From: an uncultured Christensenella sp.
Lineage (GTDB): Bacteria; Bacillota; Clostridia; Christensenellales; UBA1242
Length of the DNA stretch: 64,000 nucleotides
Direction of reading: 5' to 3'
Assembly (NCBI GenBank): GCA_949293905.1
Contig: CASFFG010000005.1
Location: forward strand, 78-64,077
The notes under the pieces are model-generated. The model saw nothing but the letters and a program-made list of their open reading frames with translations, searched no databases and was not told the origin of the DNA. The translations under genes were made by a program, and so were the position numbers. Shown piece after piece: positions 49,598 through 58,966 of the stretch; position 1 is the stretch's first letter; each line of letters starts with the position of its first letter.

Positions 49598-52500
49598 GTG
49601 AAACCTTTCGTTCATCTTCATGTACATACTGAATTTTCACTTTTAGATGGTGCTGCTAGAATAAAGAAAATGGTGAAACTCGCAAAAGAGTATGGCATGC
49701 CTGCAGTCGCAATGACCGACCATGGAAACATGTATGCTGCGACTAGATTTTTTGACGCTTGTACCGAAGTGGGAATAAAACCAATTTTTGGCACAGAATT
49801 CTATGTCTGCCCAGATTTGACGGTCAAAAACGGGAAACAACATCTCTCCCACCTTATAATTTTGGCAAAGGACGAAACGGGATATAAAAACCTAAGCATG
49901 CTAAACACAATAGCGTTTAGAGATGGATTTTACTATAAGCCGAGAATAGACTATAAAACACTTGAAAAGTATCATGAAGGGTTAGTTTGTCTTTCCGCAT
50001 GCCTTGCGGGAGATATTCCTAAACTAATATTGCAAGAGCAATATGAAAAGGCTGAAGAATTAATCCTTTGGTTTAAAAATCTGTTTAAAGACGATTTCTA
50101 TCTCGAAATTCAATATAATGGTATACATGACCAAGAGATTGTGAACGAAAAACTGCGCGAATACTCTAAAAAATTTGGAATTAAACTCGTTGCAACAAAT
50201 GATGTGCACTATCTTTTCAAAGAAGACGCTGAAATGCAAGATGTACTTATGTGCGTATCTATGCAAAAATTTGTGGACGACCCAGATAGATTGAAATTCC
50301 CGACTGACGAACTATATTTTAAGACATACGACCAGATGCTTGCTGGGCTTCCTAACGATGAAGAAGCACTTGACACAACGCTTGAAATTGCTGATAAATG
50401 TAATTTCAAATTTGTTTATGGACATTATCTCTTCCCGCACTACGAACCAGAAGGCGGATATAATGAAGAAGTTGGCGCTACACCGAAAGAATATCTTTTA
50501 AAATTGGTTGATAAGGGCGTTAAGCAGAAATACGGCGAATACACAGACACAATTCGTGAGCGTATCAATACCGAAATGTCAATTATTGAGAAGCAAGGAT
50601 TTATCGAGTATTTCCTTATAGTTTGGGACTACATTAACGCTGCGCGAAAGATGGATATTTCGGTTGGTCCCGGTCGTGGCTCGGGCGCGGGCTCACTCGT
50701 TGCATACACTATGGGGATTACTGATGTCGACCCGCTAAAATTTGAACTATTCTTCGAGCGTTTCCTTAATCCTGAGCGTGTGTCAGCGCCCGATTTTGAT
50801 GTCGATTTCCAAGACAACAGGCGTGATGAAGTCATCGATTATGTAAGGCGTAAATATGGAGATGAACGCGTGGCTCATATTATCGCGTTCGGTACTATGA
50901 AAGCGAAAAACGCAATTAAAGACGTGGGACGAGTTATGCGTGTTCCATATGCAGTTTGTGATAGAATTACTAAAATGATTCCTAATTACAAGAGTCCAAT
51001 TCTACCGAAAGTTTTTGGTTTTCATGTCCCAAAAGAAGGAGATAAAGATTACGGCACTGTTTATGTAATTCCTGAACTTGTAGAAATGTACAATAGTGAC
51101 CCGCAAGTCAAGAAAATGGTGGATATTGCTATGAAAGTGGAAGATTTCCCAAGGCAGACCACTACTCACCCATGTGGTGTTATTATTGGTGCGGAAGCAT
51201 TGGATAAACATGTTCCATTATCTCGAAACGGAGACGACATCACAACTCAATTTGAGGGTCCAGATATGGAGCATTTAGGTCATCTTAAAATGGACTTCTT
51301 AGGACTTTGCAACTTGACCGATATTAAAGAATCTATCCGTCAGGTTAAAGAAAATCATGGCGTCACTATCGATTTCTCTCACACTAATTATGACGACCCG
51401 AATGTGTACAAATTGATTTCTTCAGGCAATACGGAAGGTATTTTCCAAATAGAATCGGGCGGTTTCCAGCGTTTCTTAAAGGACTTGCAACCCACATGTA
51501 TAGAAGATATTGTGGCAGCGGTGTCTTTGTATCGACCAGGCCCTATGGATAGTATTCCTAAATATGTGCATAACAAACACCACCCAGAAGACACGACCTA
51601 CGACCACCCTATCCTAGAACCTATTTTGAGCGTTACATACGGCTGTATCGTGTATCAAGAGCAGGTTATGAAGATATGCCAGTCTATGGCGGGATTTACT
51701 CTTGGACAGGCGGACAGCATTAGGCGTGCTATGGGTAAGAAAAAACTCGCCGAGATGTTAAAATGGAAGGAAGCGTTCATTCATGGGCGTGAAGCCTTTA
51801 CGGACGAGCACGGAAAGTTTAACCCCGCTATCAAAGGTGCTGTGAAAAATGGCGTTAGTGAAGAAGTCGCCAATAAGATTTGGGCGGAAATGGAAGGGTT
51901 CGCTTCATACGCGTTTAATAAATCACATGCTGCCGCCTACTCCATCATTATATATCAAACAGCATATTTAAAATACTACTATCTACCAGAAGTTATCACC
52001 TCTATCTTAAACAACCGCATAACTAAGACAGATAAATTAATTAAATATCTGGCATATGCGAAAAAAGAGAACTTGACAATACTCCCGCCTGACATCAATT
52101 TAAGTAAAACTTATTTCTCAACAGACGGAAAAACTATTCGTTTCGGGCTTGCGGCACTTAAAAATGTTGGAGTCGGCGTCATAAATGATATAATCGCTGA
52201 GCGAACTGAGAATGGACCATTTAAAGATTTTGAGGACTTTATTTGGCGCGTAAACTCACAAGCGTTAAATAAGCGTTGTATTGAGTCACTTATTAAAGCG
52301 GGCGCATTTGATTGCTTTAATATTGCGAGAAGTCGACTTATGTCTATTTACTCAATAATGGTTGACCGTGCGATTGAGAGAAAAAAGAAATCTATGTCTG
52401 GACAATTAGATTTGTTTGGTAATTTGATAGAAGATGTAAAATTAATTGAAGATAATGAATATCCGCACATCAATGAGTATGTGAATACAGTTAAACTGCA

Positions 52501-53212
52501 ATATGAAAAGGAAATCGCGGGTATGTACCTTTCTGGGCACCCACTCGATAGTTATCTCGATGTGATTAAGAACTTCACATTTGATTCAAGTTTCCTACCT
52601 GACGAATCGATAGATGACGACAACGAATTAACTCCAGAAGCAATGGTCTTTGAAGAACCAGATTATAATGGACTAAAAAATAACGATGTGGTCACTTGTG
52701 GCGGTGTTATCGCTGACATTAAAACCGTGCAGACTAAATCGGGTGCCAGAATGGCAATCGCAGTCATTGAAGATTTGACAGGCACTTTCGATGTATGTTT
52801 CTTCCCTAAAACTTACGAGCAATATCGCGACATTTTAGTAAAAGATGCCTTAATTGCTATTAAAGGAAAATTCACTATCCGCGACGGGCATAGACCTTCT
52901 ATTTCAGCAATGTCTGTCGAATTAATGGACAATAAAAATGCGGAAAATGAACATGAAAAGGAAGAAAATCTTGAGACCGAAATCGAAGTCGTTAAACCTA
53001 GAAAGTTATGTCTAAAATACAACATGCAAGACGGAATTTTACATGATGCAGTTAAGAAAATTCTTTCACAATATAACGGAATCGACTATGTTTACATTAA
53101 GGACACCGGTAGCAATCAAGCATATAAACTCAACCTTACCGTCACAATTCGCGAAAGCCTAATCTACGAACTAGAAACAATTTTGGACAAAGACAACATA
53201 AAGGTCGTATAA
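49598..53212 (+). CDS. dnaE: DNA polymerase III alpha subunit, DnaE type
   Basis: 1204 aa. N-terminal PHP (HLHVHTEFSLLDGA), palm with PDFDVDF, fingers and an OB-fold C-terminus. GTG start with a GGAGGA RBS. Confidence 0.95.
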   Translation: MKPFVHLHVHTEFSLLDGAARIKKMVKLAKEYGMPAVAMTDHGNMYAATRFFDACTEVGIKPIFGTEFYVCPDLTVKNGKQHLSHLIILAKDETGYKNLSMLNTIAFRDGFYYKPRIDYKTLEKYHEGLVCLSACLAGDIPKLILQEQYEKAEELILWFKNLFKDDFYLEIQYNGIHDQEIVNEKLREYSKKFGIKLVATNDVHYLFKEDAEMQDVLMCVSMQKFVDDPDRLKFPTDELYFKTYDQMLAGLPNDEEALDTTLEIADKCNFKFVYGHYLFPHYEPEGGYNEEVGATPKEYLLKLVDKGVKQKYGEYTDTIRERINTEMSIIEKQGFIEYFLIVWDYINAARKMDISVGPGRGSGAGSLVAYTMGITDVDPLKFELFFERFLNPERVSAPDFDVDFQDNRRDEVIDYVRRKYGDERVAHIIAFGTMKAKNAIKDVGRVMRVPYAVCDRITKMIPNYKSPILPKVFGFHVPKEGDKDYGTVYVIPELVEMYNSDPQVKKMVDIAMKVEDFPRQTTTHPCGVIIGAEALDKHVPLSRNGDDITTQFEGPDMEHLGHLKMDFLGLCNLTDIKESIRQVKENHGVTIDFSHTNYDDPNVYKLISSGNTEGIFQIESGGFQRFLKDLQPTCIEDIVAAVSLYRPGPMDSIPKYVHNKHHPEDTTYDHPILEPILSVTYGCIVYQEQVMKICQSMAGFTLGQADSIRRAMGKKKLAEMLKWKEAFIHGREAFTDEHGKFNPAIKGAVKNGVSEEVANKIWAEMEGFASYAFNKSHAAAYSIIIYQTAYLKYYYLPEVITSILNNRITKTDKLIKYLAYAKKENLTILPPDINLSKTYFSTDGKTIRFGLAALKNVGVGVINDIIAERTENGPFKDFEDFIWRVNSQALNKRCIESLIKAGAFDCFNIARSRLMSIYSIMVDRAIERKKKSMSGQLDLFGNLIEDVKLIEDNEYPHINEYVNTVKLQYEKEIAGMYLSGHPLDSYLDVIKNFTFDSSFLPDESIDDDNELTPEAMVFEEPDYNGLKNNDVVTCGGVIADIKTVQTKSGARMAIAVIEDLTGTFDVCFFPKTYEQYRDILVKDALIAIKGKFTIRDGHRPSISAMSVELMDNKNAENEHEKEENLETEIEVVKPRKLCLKYNMQDGILHDAVKKILSQYNGIDYVYIKDTGSNQAYKLNLTVTIRESLIYELETILDKDNIKVV

Positions 53213-53214
53213 AA

Positions 53215-53238
53215 AGTGAGTGTTAACTCGCTTTTTTA
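53215..53238 (+). terminator. rho-independent terminator after dnaE
   Basis: AGTGAGT-gtta-ACTCGCT (one G-U pair) followed by TTTTTT, 3 nt after the dnaE stop. Confidence 0.75.
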
Positions 53239-53413
53239 TTTTTATAATTCTATGTTTTAAATTTTTTATTGTATATTCAATTAATCTAAATTAGAATCTA
53301 ATATTTATTTGAAAGTTCGCTGTTAGTTTTAAATTTTAAAACTAATAATATCTTTATCTTTAATTATTATCCCATATTTTTATAATTTTTGAGTATTGTA
53401 TATGAGATTGAGA

Positions 53414-53665
53414 TTAAAAATCTTCTAGCTCTTCTTTTTTCTTCTCTTTCTTTTTCTTATAGCCAAAAAGTTTTAATCTACCTTTATTGAAAACTGTAAC
53501 TACTAAAATGTATAGGCTCGCGATGCCGATTATTAGATAGACTATACGGCTAAAAATATTTGATTGTAGTCCAAAGATGCCTGCAACAAAATCATATTGA
53601 AGCCCGCCTATCATAAGCCAATTTACTCCACCTAAAATCATAAGTATAAATGCAACAATTCTCAT
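53414..53665 (-). CDS. DUF378-family small membrane protein with K/E-rich tail
   Basis: 83 aa. ILMILGGVNWLMIGGLQYDFVAGIFG is the DUF378 signature as I recall it. GGTGAG RBS. Confidence 0.7.
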   Translation of the reverse strand: MRIVAFILMILGGVNWLMIGGLQYDFVAGIFGLQSNIFSRIVYLIIGIASLYILVVTVFNKGRLKLFGYKKKKEKKKEELEDF

Positions 53666-54014
53666 AATCTCACCTTACAATATTTTGAGATAGAAAATTA
53701 AAATTATACGATTAAACATTAATTTATTAATATTTTAAAAATTTAAATTTCAATTAAAATATGCGAATTTTTTGTTAAATTTAACTCATTTTTGCTTATT
53801 TTTTAATATTTTTATATTCTTTTGATTATTTTAGTATATTAAAGCAAATTTTAGTACTATTTTTAATTAGTTTTACTTAAATTTCCATATTTTTTAATAA
53901 AAATTAAAAATATTTATAAAATTTATTTATTTTTTGTGAATTTTTTATAAATTTCAATATTTTTTATAACTTTTTAAATTTTTAAATCATTTTTATTTTA
54001 TTAATTTTTGACAT

Positions 54015-54044
54015 TAAAAAAGAGTTAAATTATTAACTCTTTTT
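54015..54044. terminator. bidirectional hairpin terminator overlapping the stop codon of the 54033-55223 gene
   Basis: AGAGTTAA-atta-TTAACTCT (54021-54040) flanked by A6 and T5. The TAA stop (54033-54035, minus strand) lies in the stem. Confidence 0.6.
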
Positions 54045-55223
54045 GGCATTTTTAGATTTGGATTTTTTCGTTCCTTGAATTGAGTTTTTTAGTCGAGTGT
54101 ATCCATGTGGGGTAATTTTTTCAATCACACTATACGGACATGCTTCATGACAGCGATTGCAGAATATACATTTTGAGTAATCAATATTTGCATAGAGTTC
54201 GCCATTCTTATCGTACTTCATCATGATTGCACCGGTTGGGCACACTTTACTACACACTGAGCAACCTTTACATTTAGACTGCGGAATATATGTTCGCTCT
54301 TGGTGAAAGTCAAAATACTGTTTCCGCTTAAATGCTGATTTATGTATCTTACTGTTAAGGCTAACTCTATTTAGTTTAAAATCTGGTGAAATAAACTCTT
54401 TAATGTCATCTCCTACTATTTCAAATGGAGAATTTATGTTAAACAGATTTCTCTTACTTGCCGTCAAACATATCGTATCGTTTATATCTTTATTCACAAT
54501 TTTTGCTACCACTGAATCTACACTAAATGTATTCTCGCCCGCGATGAGAACTGAGAGCATATGCTGAGTTTTTTCATCTTCCAGTGCGACAACCCCGTCC
54601 ACGATATTAAATTTAAGTTTATCTTTTAAAGCGAGCGTTAAATCGCAAATATACTCGTTAAAATCGCTGACAGTTGTGAGTTGATTTAAAATGAGAGTTT
54701 TTTCTTCTCCCGGGACAAGACCAAATAGGTTTGCTGTACTTGAAACTAGACCTAAATTTTCGTCCACTTTTATTTTCGAAATATTAATTATTGCATCAAC
54801 TTTTTTTATCTCATCAAGCAGGGTTAGACATTTTGTCTTTACACCCTCTTCTAAATCTACAGTCTGGACTTTCATGTTTCGATTAAGTTCACATTTTGTT
54901 AAATTAGCGACTTCTAGCATTCCAGTATCTAGATATATTCCATCGAGATTATTTAGTGAGTATTTCCCGAACGGACTATCTGCGATTACACAATTCACCC
55001 CCATTTCATTTAAAACATTCACTATCCCACGCAAAATGGCTGGGTGAGTAATTTCGGCAGTATCAGGATTAACCGAATACGGCAAACAAATTTTTAACAT
55101 AACCTTCATCTTAGGGCGGATAACATCAAAAAGACCGATGTTCGCAAATGACTCTCGAACCGCGCGCTCAACTTTCGACACATCGTAACTATCAAGATAT
55201 TTTAACGAAACTAGATTGCTCAT
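54033..55223 (-). CDS. DUF362-domain protein with C-terminal 2x[4Fe-4S] ferredoxin domain
   Basis: 396 aa with CKGCSVCSKVCP and CIFCNRCHEACP cluster motifs. The N-terminal 300 aa resemble DUF362 proteins. No SD; TTGACA-17-TAGTAT lies just upstream of the ATG. Confidence 0.65.
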   Translation of the reverse strand: MSNLVSLKYLDSYDVSKVERAVRESFANIGLFDVIRPKMKVMLKICLPYSVNPDTAEITHPAILRGIVNVLNEMGVNCVIADSPFGKYSLNNLDGIYLDTGMLEVANLTKCELNRNMKVQTVDLEEGVKTKCLTLLDEIKKVDAIINISKIKVDENLGLVSSTANLFGLVPGEEKTLILNQLTTVSDFNEYICDLTLALKDKLKFNIVDGVVALEDEKTQHMLSVLIAGENTFSVDSVVAKIVNKDINDTICLTASKRNLFNINSPFEIVGDDIKEFISPDFKLNRVSLNSKIHKSAFKRKQYFDFHQERTYIPQSKCKGCSVCSKVCPTGAIMMKYDKNGELYANIDYSKCIFCNRCHEACPYSVIEKITPHGYTRLKNSIQGTKKSKSKNAKKS

Positions 55224-55298
55224 ACTTAAATATACTACTAATTTTAAGGGCTTTTGTCAAACAATTAGATTTTTATTTTAAAGGTTGCTTAATTTTAT

Positions 55299-55327
55299 TT
55301 GATTTTTTATATCATTTAAAGTAAAAT
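55299..55327 (+). promoter_or_regulatory. promoter placing +1 on the ATG at 55334 (leaderless)
   Basis: TTGATT (55299-55304), 17 nt, TAAAAT (55322-55327), then 6 nt (catcgt), then ATG. Confidence 0.62.
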
Positions 55328-55333
55328 CATCGT

Positions 55334-55594
55334 ATGGTAAAAATTTGGGGAAAAATTTTAGTAGACGATAAGATAGTTAAGAGCAAAACCATATCGGTGG
55401 ACGCTAGTACTACTACTTTTTTTGATATGCTAAAAGAATTATGTACTAGCCTTAATATCCCCACTCCTGTCCTGTTAGATAAGCATGTTTATGACTTTAA
55501 CCTATTTAATATGTGCACTTTTAAACCAAGCGATTTTGTGGAATCAGTCATTTTTGATAAATTTACATTAGAACATCTACCAGATAAAGATTAA
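55334..55594 (+). CDS. hypothetical small protein (86 aa)
   Basis: The ORF has a good promoter directly upstream. No family recognised. Confidence 0.5.
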   Translation: MVKIWGKILVDDKIVKSKTISVDASTTTFFDMLKELCTSLNIPTPVLLDKHVYDFNLFNMCTFKPSDFVESVIFDKFTLEHLPDKD

Positions 55595-55617
55595 TTTTTT
55601 AAATTTTTATAATTTCC

Positions 55618-55647
55618 TTGACATAAAATTAATATTTATGATATAAT
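55618..55647 (+). promoter_or_regulatory. greA promoter
   Basis: TTGACA (55618-55623), 18 nt, TGa-TATAAT (55642-55647), about 65 nt upstream of the greA ATG. Confidence 0.75.
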
Positions 55648-55711
55648 ATAGTATTGCGATGGGAAACTGTTGCGATTTTTTAGTGTTAATATACATACGG
55701 AGGGTATTATT

Positions 55712-56182
55712 ATGGAAGAAAAAACTTTTATGACACAAGAAGGATTACAACGCACTAAAGAGCGTCTAGAATATTTAAAGACCACTAAGCGCCAAGAAAT
55801 CGCTAATAAACTCGCAGAAGCCAGAAGTTATGGTGATTTAAGCGAAAATAGTGAATACGATTTGGCACGCAATGAGCAAGCACTTGTAGAGACTGAAATT
55901 TTCGATTTGGAAAACAAGTTAAAGTCAGTCGAGATTATAGATACTAAAAGAATTTCTACCAGCAAAGTAGGAGTTGGAAATAAGGTAACTATCACTAATG
56001 TTAAGACTAACCAGACTCTTGAATATCAAATCGTGGGCGACACCGATTCTGACCCACTTCATGGTCTAATCAGTAACTCTTCCCCTATCGGTGCAGGACT
56101 AATGGGAAAGAAAGTTGGTGAAATCGCAAATATTAAGACCCCTGCCGGCGTAATGTCTTATAAAATTGTAAAAATTAAGTAA
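55712..56182 (+). CDS. greA: transcription elongation factor GreA
   Basis: Coiled-coil N-terminus with ARSYGDLSENSEYD and a C-terminal FKBP-like domain. I prefer the ATG at 55712 (GGAGGG RBS) to the track start at 55670. Confidence 0.92.
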   Translation: MEEKTFMTQEGLQRTKERLEYLKTTKRQEIANKLAEARSYGDLSENSEYDLARNEQALVETEIFDLENKLKSVEIIDTKRISTSKVGVGNKVTITNVKTNQTLEYQIVGDTDSDPLHGLISNSSPIGAGLMGKKVGEIANIKTPAGVMSYKIVKIK

Positions 56183-56260
56183 ATTTAGTCTTCCTAGTAT
56201 AATAAAATTAGTTTTAATAAATAATTTTAAAAAAATTTAATCTAATATGAAAATCCTAAA

Positions 56261-56288
56261 AAGGATAATGCCTTGCACTATCCTTTTA
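56261..56288 (+). terminator. candidate terminator after greA
   Basis: AAGGATA (56261-56267) / TATCCTT (56279-56285) with an 11-nt loop, followed by TTTTATT. Confidence 0.55.
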
Positions 56289-56465
56289 TTCTTTTGCTAA
56301 TTTTACATATCCAATTCGCAATTTATTTTTTATTGTATACTGAATTTGTAAACAATTTGATTTATAAAACAAAAAATGTTAGTTTAAATAACCATCTCTT
56401 TATCTAATATCTTTCAACTAAAAAAGTGAGTGTAAATGTTCTTGCTCACCTTTTTATTCTCTTAT

Positions 56466-56993
56466 TTATGCTTCAATTTTAGGCGTAGATTCTTCCACTA
56501 CTTCCTTGGATTTATTCTTGATACATAGTGCAACTATCATAAATGCCACAGTTAACAAGTTGCCTATCAAGACGCTAAGCACAAGCAGTGTAATAATCGC
56601 AAATTTCTTATCACTATTATTACTCGAATGTTTGATAACAAGTATTGCGAATACAAGTGTTGCAACTGCCAATGAAAGTAGATATACAGCCATAGCACTA
56701 GTGATAGTTCTCACTATCGAAATCACAGCCTGAATATCTTCTTGTGTAACAATATAAGACTCATTGTCCGTAGTTGTTGTGCTGTCAGTTGGCGTATAAA
56801 TATAGTAATAACTCTCTCCGTCCGCTTCTTCTACTCTCGTATATCCGCTCTCTTCGTATACAGAACAAACTATCTTTTCATTGACCATTCCGCTAGCGCC
56901 TATCATAATAAGCCCAGCAAAGAACATCACAACCGTTGCTATAATTGAGATAATTCCGCCAGCGAGCATAAATGATTTTTTTACTCCACTCAT
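56466..56993 (-). CDS. hypothetical membrane protein (4 TM, T/D/E-rich loop)
   Basis: 175 aa with a GGAGAG RBS. No family recognised. Confidence 0.5.
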   Translation of the reverse strand: MSGVKKSFMLAGGIISIIATVVMFFAGLIMIGASGMVNEKIVCSVYEESGYTRVEEADGESYYYIYTPTDSTTTTDNESYIVTQEDIQAVISIVRTITSAMAVYLLSLAVATLVFAILVIKHSSNNSDKKFAIITLLVLSVLIGNLLTVAFMIVALCIKNKSKEVVEESTPKIEA

Positions 56994-57195
56994 ATTCTCT
57001 CCTTTTCTATTATATTAGCAAAGCATGATAAACTTGTCAAATAATTATATTAATTTGTTCATACTTTTAATTTTATAATTAGTTTTAAATTAATAATGTC
57101 CAATTTTTGTCTATATACTAGCAGTTTTCTTATCACTAACTAAATTTTTTGTATTAGTATAATTTAATTTAAGGGAGTTTAATCGGTGAAATTAT

Positions 57196-57224
57196 TTGTT
57201 TTGCGGGCGAAAATGTGATATAAT
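57196..57224 (+). promoter_or_regulatory. promoter placing +1 on the holB ATG (leaderless)
   Basis: TTGTTT (57196-57201), 17 nt, TGa-TATAAT (57219-57224), then 6 nt (aaattt), then the ATG at 57231. Confidence 0.72.
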
Positions 57225-57230
57225 AAATTT

Positions 57231-58157
57231 ATGATAAATTGCATTAAGGATACGAGTGTATATAAATCGCTTAACTTAACAAAAACTAGTTCACATGCGT
57301 ATCTTTTTTATTCGGCAGATAAGGTCATAAATAATGAGATTGCAAAGATTTTTGCTAAAACTTTCCTTTGTGTATCCCATTCTGCAGAAGACAACTGTGC
57401 GATGTGCAGGCAAGTTGACTCACTATCTCACCCAGATTTCTTCCTTATCGATAAAAATTCGGTTAAGGTGGAAGATGTTAATACTCTTATCTCTAAACTT
57501 GATACACGACCAATTTCTGGAGATAAAAAAGTATTCGTTATACTGAATTTTGAGAATGTGAACGAAATCTCTCAAAATAAGTTATTAAAATCGTTTGAAG
57601 AGCCGAATGCGTCAAATATTTTTATCATCACGACCACTAATACGGATAAAGTTTTAAAGACAATTATGAGCCGAATTACGAAAATCTATGTTCCAAAAAT
57701 GACGAGTGAAGATAAGAAAATTATTTCAAACGACCTAAATTCAAAAGGAATAGATATATCTCATTATCTTCGTCTTGATAGTCTAACAGATATGATTAAT
57801 TTTGCGACCAATGAAACCTTTTCTTCTACATTAGTTGCAGTTAAAAGCACTATTAAAAATTTAAATACTACAGCGGATATTCCGTCCGTTGTGAGTGAGA
57901 TTAATTCGGTGGATAATTCACTATTTTTAACCATATTGCAAGAGTTATTTTTAGACTGTATTAGGGACGAAAATTCTCGCAAATTCGACAATGAACTAGT
58001 AGAGTTAGTGTCAAAAAAATTCAATCATAAGGCGATTGTAAAATGCCTTCCGCTGATTGAAGACGCATACAAAAAACTATTATCAAATGTAAATTTTATA
58101 TACATTCTAGATAACTTACTTTTTAACATTTTAAAGGAGAAATTTTTATGCAAGTAA
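57231..58157 (+). CDS. holB: DNA polymerase III delta-prime subunit
   Basis: SHAYLFYSAD..., zinc module C-x8-C-x2-C (FLCVSHSAEDNCAMCRQ), HPDF, and a clamp-loader AAA+ like fold. Synteny with ricT, the yabB-like gene and rsmI matches Bacillus. Confidence 0.82.
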   Translation: MINCIKDTSVYKSLNLTKTSSHAYLFYSADKVINNEIAKIFAKTFLCVSHSAEDNCAMCRQVDSLSHPDFFLIDKNSVKVEDVNTLISKLDTRPISGDKKVFVILNFENVNEISQNKLLKSFEEPNASNIFIITTTNTDKVLKTIMSRITKIYVPKMTSEDKKIISNDLNSKGIDISHYLRLDSLTDMINFATNETFSSTLVAVKSTIKNLNTTADIPSVVSEINSVDNSLFLTILQELFLDCIRDENSRKFDNELVELVSKKFNHKAIVKCLPLIEDAYKKLLSNVNFIYILDNLLFNILKEKFLCK

Positions 58158-58942
58158 CAGAAATTAGATTGATGTCCAACCATTTAGATGTGTTTTGCGA
58201 TAAGGAATTGGACGATAATGCGAGAGTTGTCGTGAGTGTGGACGGATATTTAGAACTTGGTACTGTTAAGCGAAAAGATGATACGGAAACTAAAAATCTG
58301 GCCGATTTTGTCCGCTACGCTACAAGTGAAGACAATAAACATATGTGTGAAAATTGTGCAGAAGCAAGACGTCTACTCCCCGAAATTAAGGCGGAGGCAG
58401 AAAAACAAAATTTGGAAATGAAGGTTGGGTTTATCTCAATAAATCTCGACAGAACAAAACTCACCGTGCACTACACTGCTGACGGGCGAATAGATTTTAG
58501 AGAATTGGTTAAAATTCTTGGTGCTAAATATAAAATTCGTGTTGAAATGAAGCAGATTGGAAATCGTGATGAAACTAAAATCATAGGTGCCATGGGGGTC
58601 TGTGGACGCGAAACATGTTGTAAATTATTCCTTAATGATTTCGATAAAATGTCTATAAAAATGGCGAAAAATCAAGGCATCGCGCTTAACCCTTCTCGCA
58701 TCAATGGAATGTGCGGACGCCTTCTATGTTGCTTAAAATACGAGGACGATTATTACACCGAAATGCAGAAAAAAATGCCTAAGGTTCACTTAAAAGTTTC
58801 CACCCCTCATGGAGTTGGTGTGGTAGATTCGATTGACATATTTAGCGAAGTTGTGCGTGTAAAATTTGAAAATAAGGAAGATGAAACTACCGAATTAAAA
58901 AATTATGCACTCGCCGAAATCAAACCATTAGAAAGAAAATAA
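58148..58942 (+). CDS. ricT: PSP1-domain protein RicT/YaaT
   Basis: PSP1 C-terminal domain with the Cys cluster MGVCGRETCCKLFL...MCGRLLCCLKYE. Confidence 0.85.
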   Translation: MQVTEIRLMSNHLDVFCDKELDDNARVVVSVDGYLELGTVKRKDDTETKNLADFVRYATSEDNKHMCENCAEARRLLPEIKAEAEKQNLEMKVGFISINLDRTKLTVHYTADGRIDFRELVKILGAKYKIRVEMKQIGNRDETKIIGAMGVCGRETCCKLFLNDFDKMSIKMAKNQGIALNPSRINGMCGRLLCCLKYEDDYYTEMQKKMPKVHLKVSTPHGVGVVDSIDIFSEVVRVKFENKEDETTELKNYALAEIKPLERK

Positions 58943-58966
58943 TTATCATACAAAAAGGAGAAACCT

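Noticed and set aside
53323-53345. Perfect 23-nt palindrome ttagttttaaa-t-tttaaaactaa, and a 21-nt palindrome ttttagtttg-c-caaactaaaa at 33339-33359 that covers the DUF3343 stop and abuts the nth -35 box. Both share TTAGTTT/AAACTAA arms. The 12-mer ttagttttaaat recurs at 57079, and aattagtttta recurs at 53865, 56206 and 57077.
   Set aside because: This is tempting as an operator motif, but all copies are A/T-only. The spacing between arms differs (3 versus 9 nt), and repeated 11-12-mers are expected by chance among several kb of about 90 percent A/T DNA. A genome-wide enrichment test would be needed before claiming a motif.
54008-54036. TTGACA-17-TATTAA promoter-like sequence pointing plus-strand, antisense into the 3' end of the DUF362 gene.
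   Set aside because: It overlaps the terminator hairpin and lies in A/T-rich DNA where such matches are frequent. There is no downstream ORF or structured RNA to support an antisense transcript.
56247-56300. 17-codon hydrophobic mini-ORF MKILKRIMPCTILLFFC downstream of greA.
   Set aside because: It has no SD and coincides with the greA terminator hairpin arms. It is most likely fortuitous.
57186-57218. 10-codon mini-ORF (GTG AAA TTA TTT GTT TTG CGG GCG AAA ATG TGA) with GGGAG 8 nt upstream, ending inside the holB -10 region. I considered it as a possible leader peptide or uORF.
   Set aside because: The upstream promoter needed to transcribe it is poor (TATAAT at 57158 without a -35 or TG). 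The peptide has no regulatory-codon pattern. The holB promoter downstream explains expression without it.
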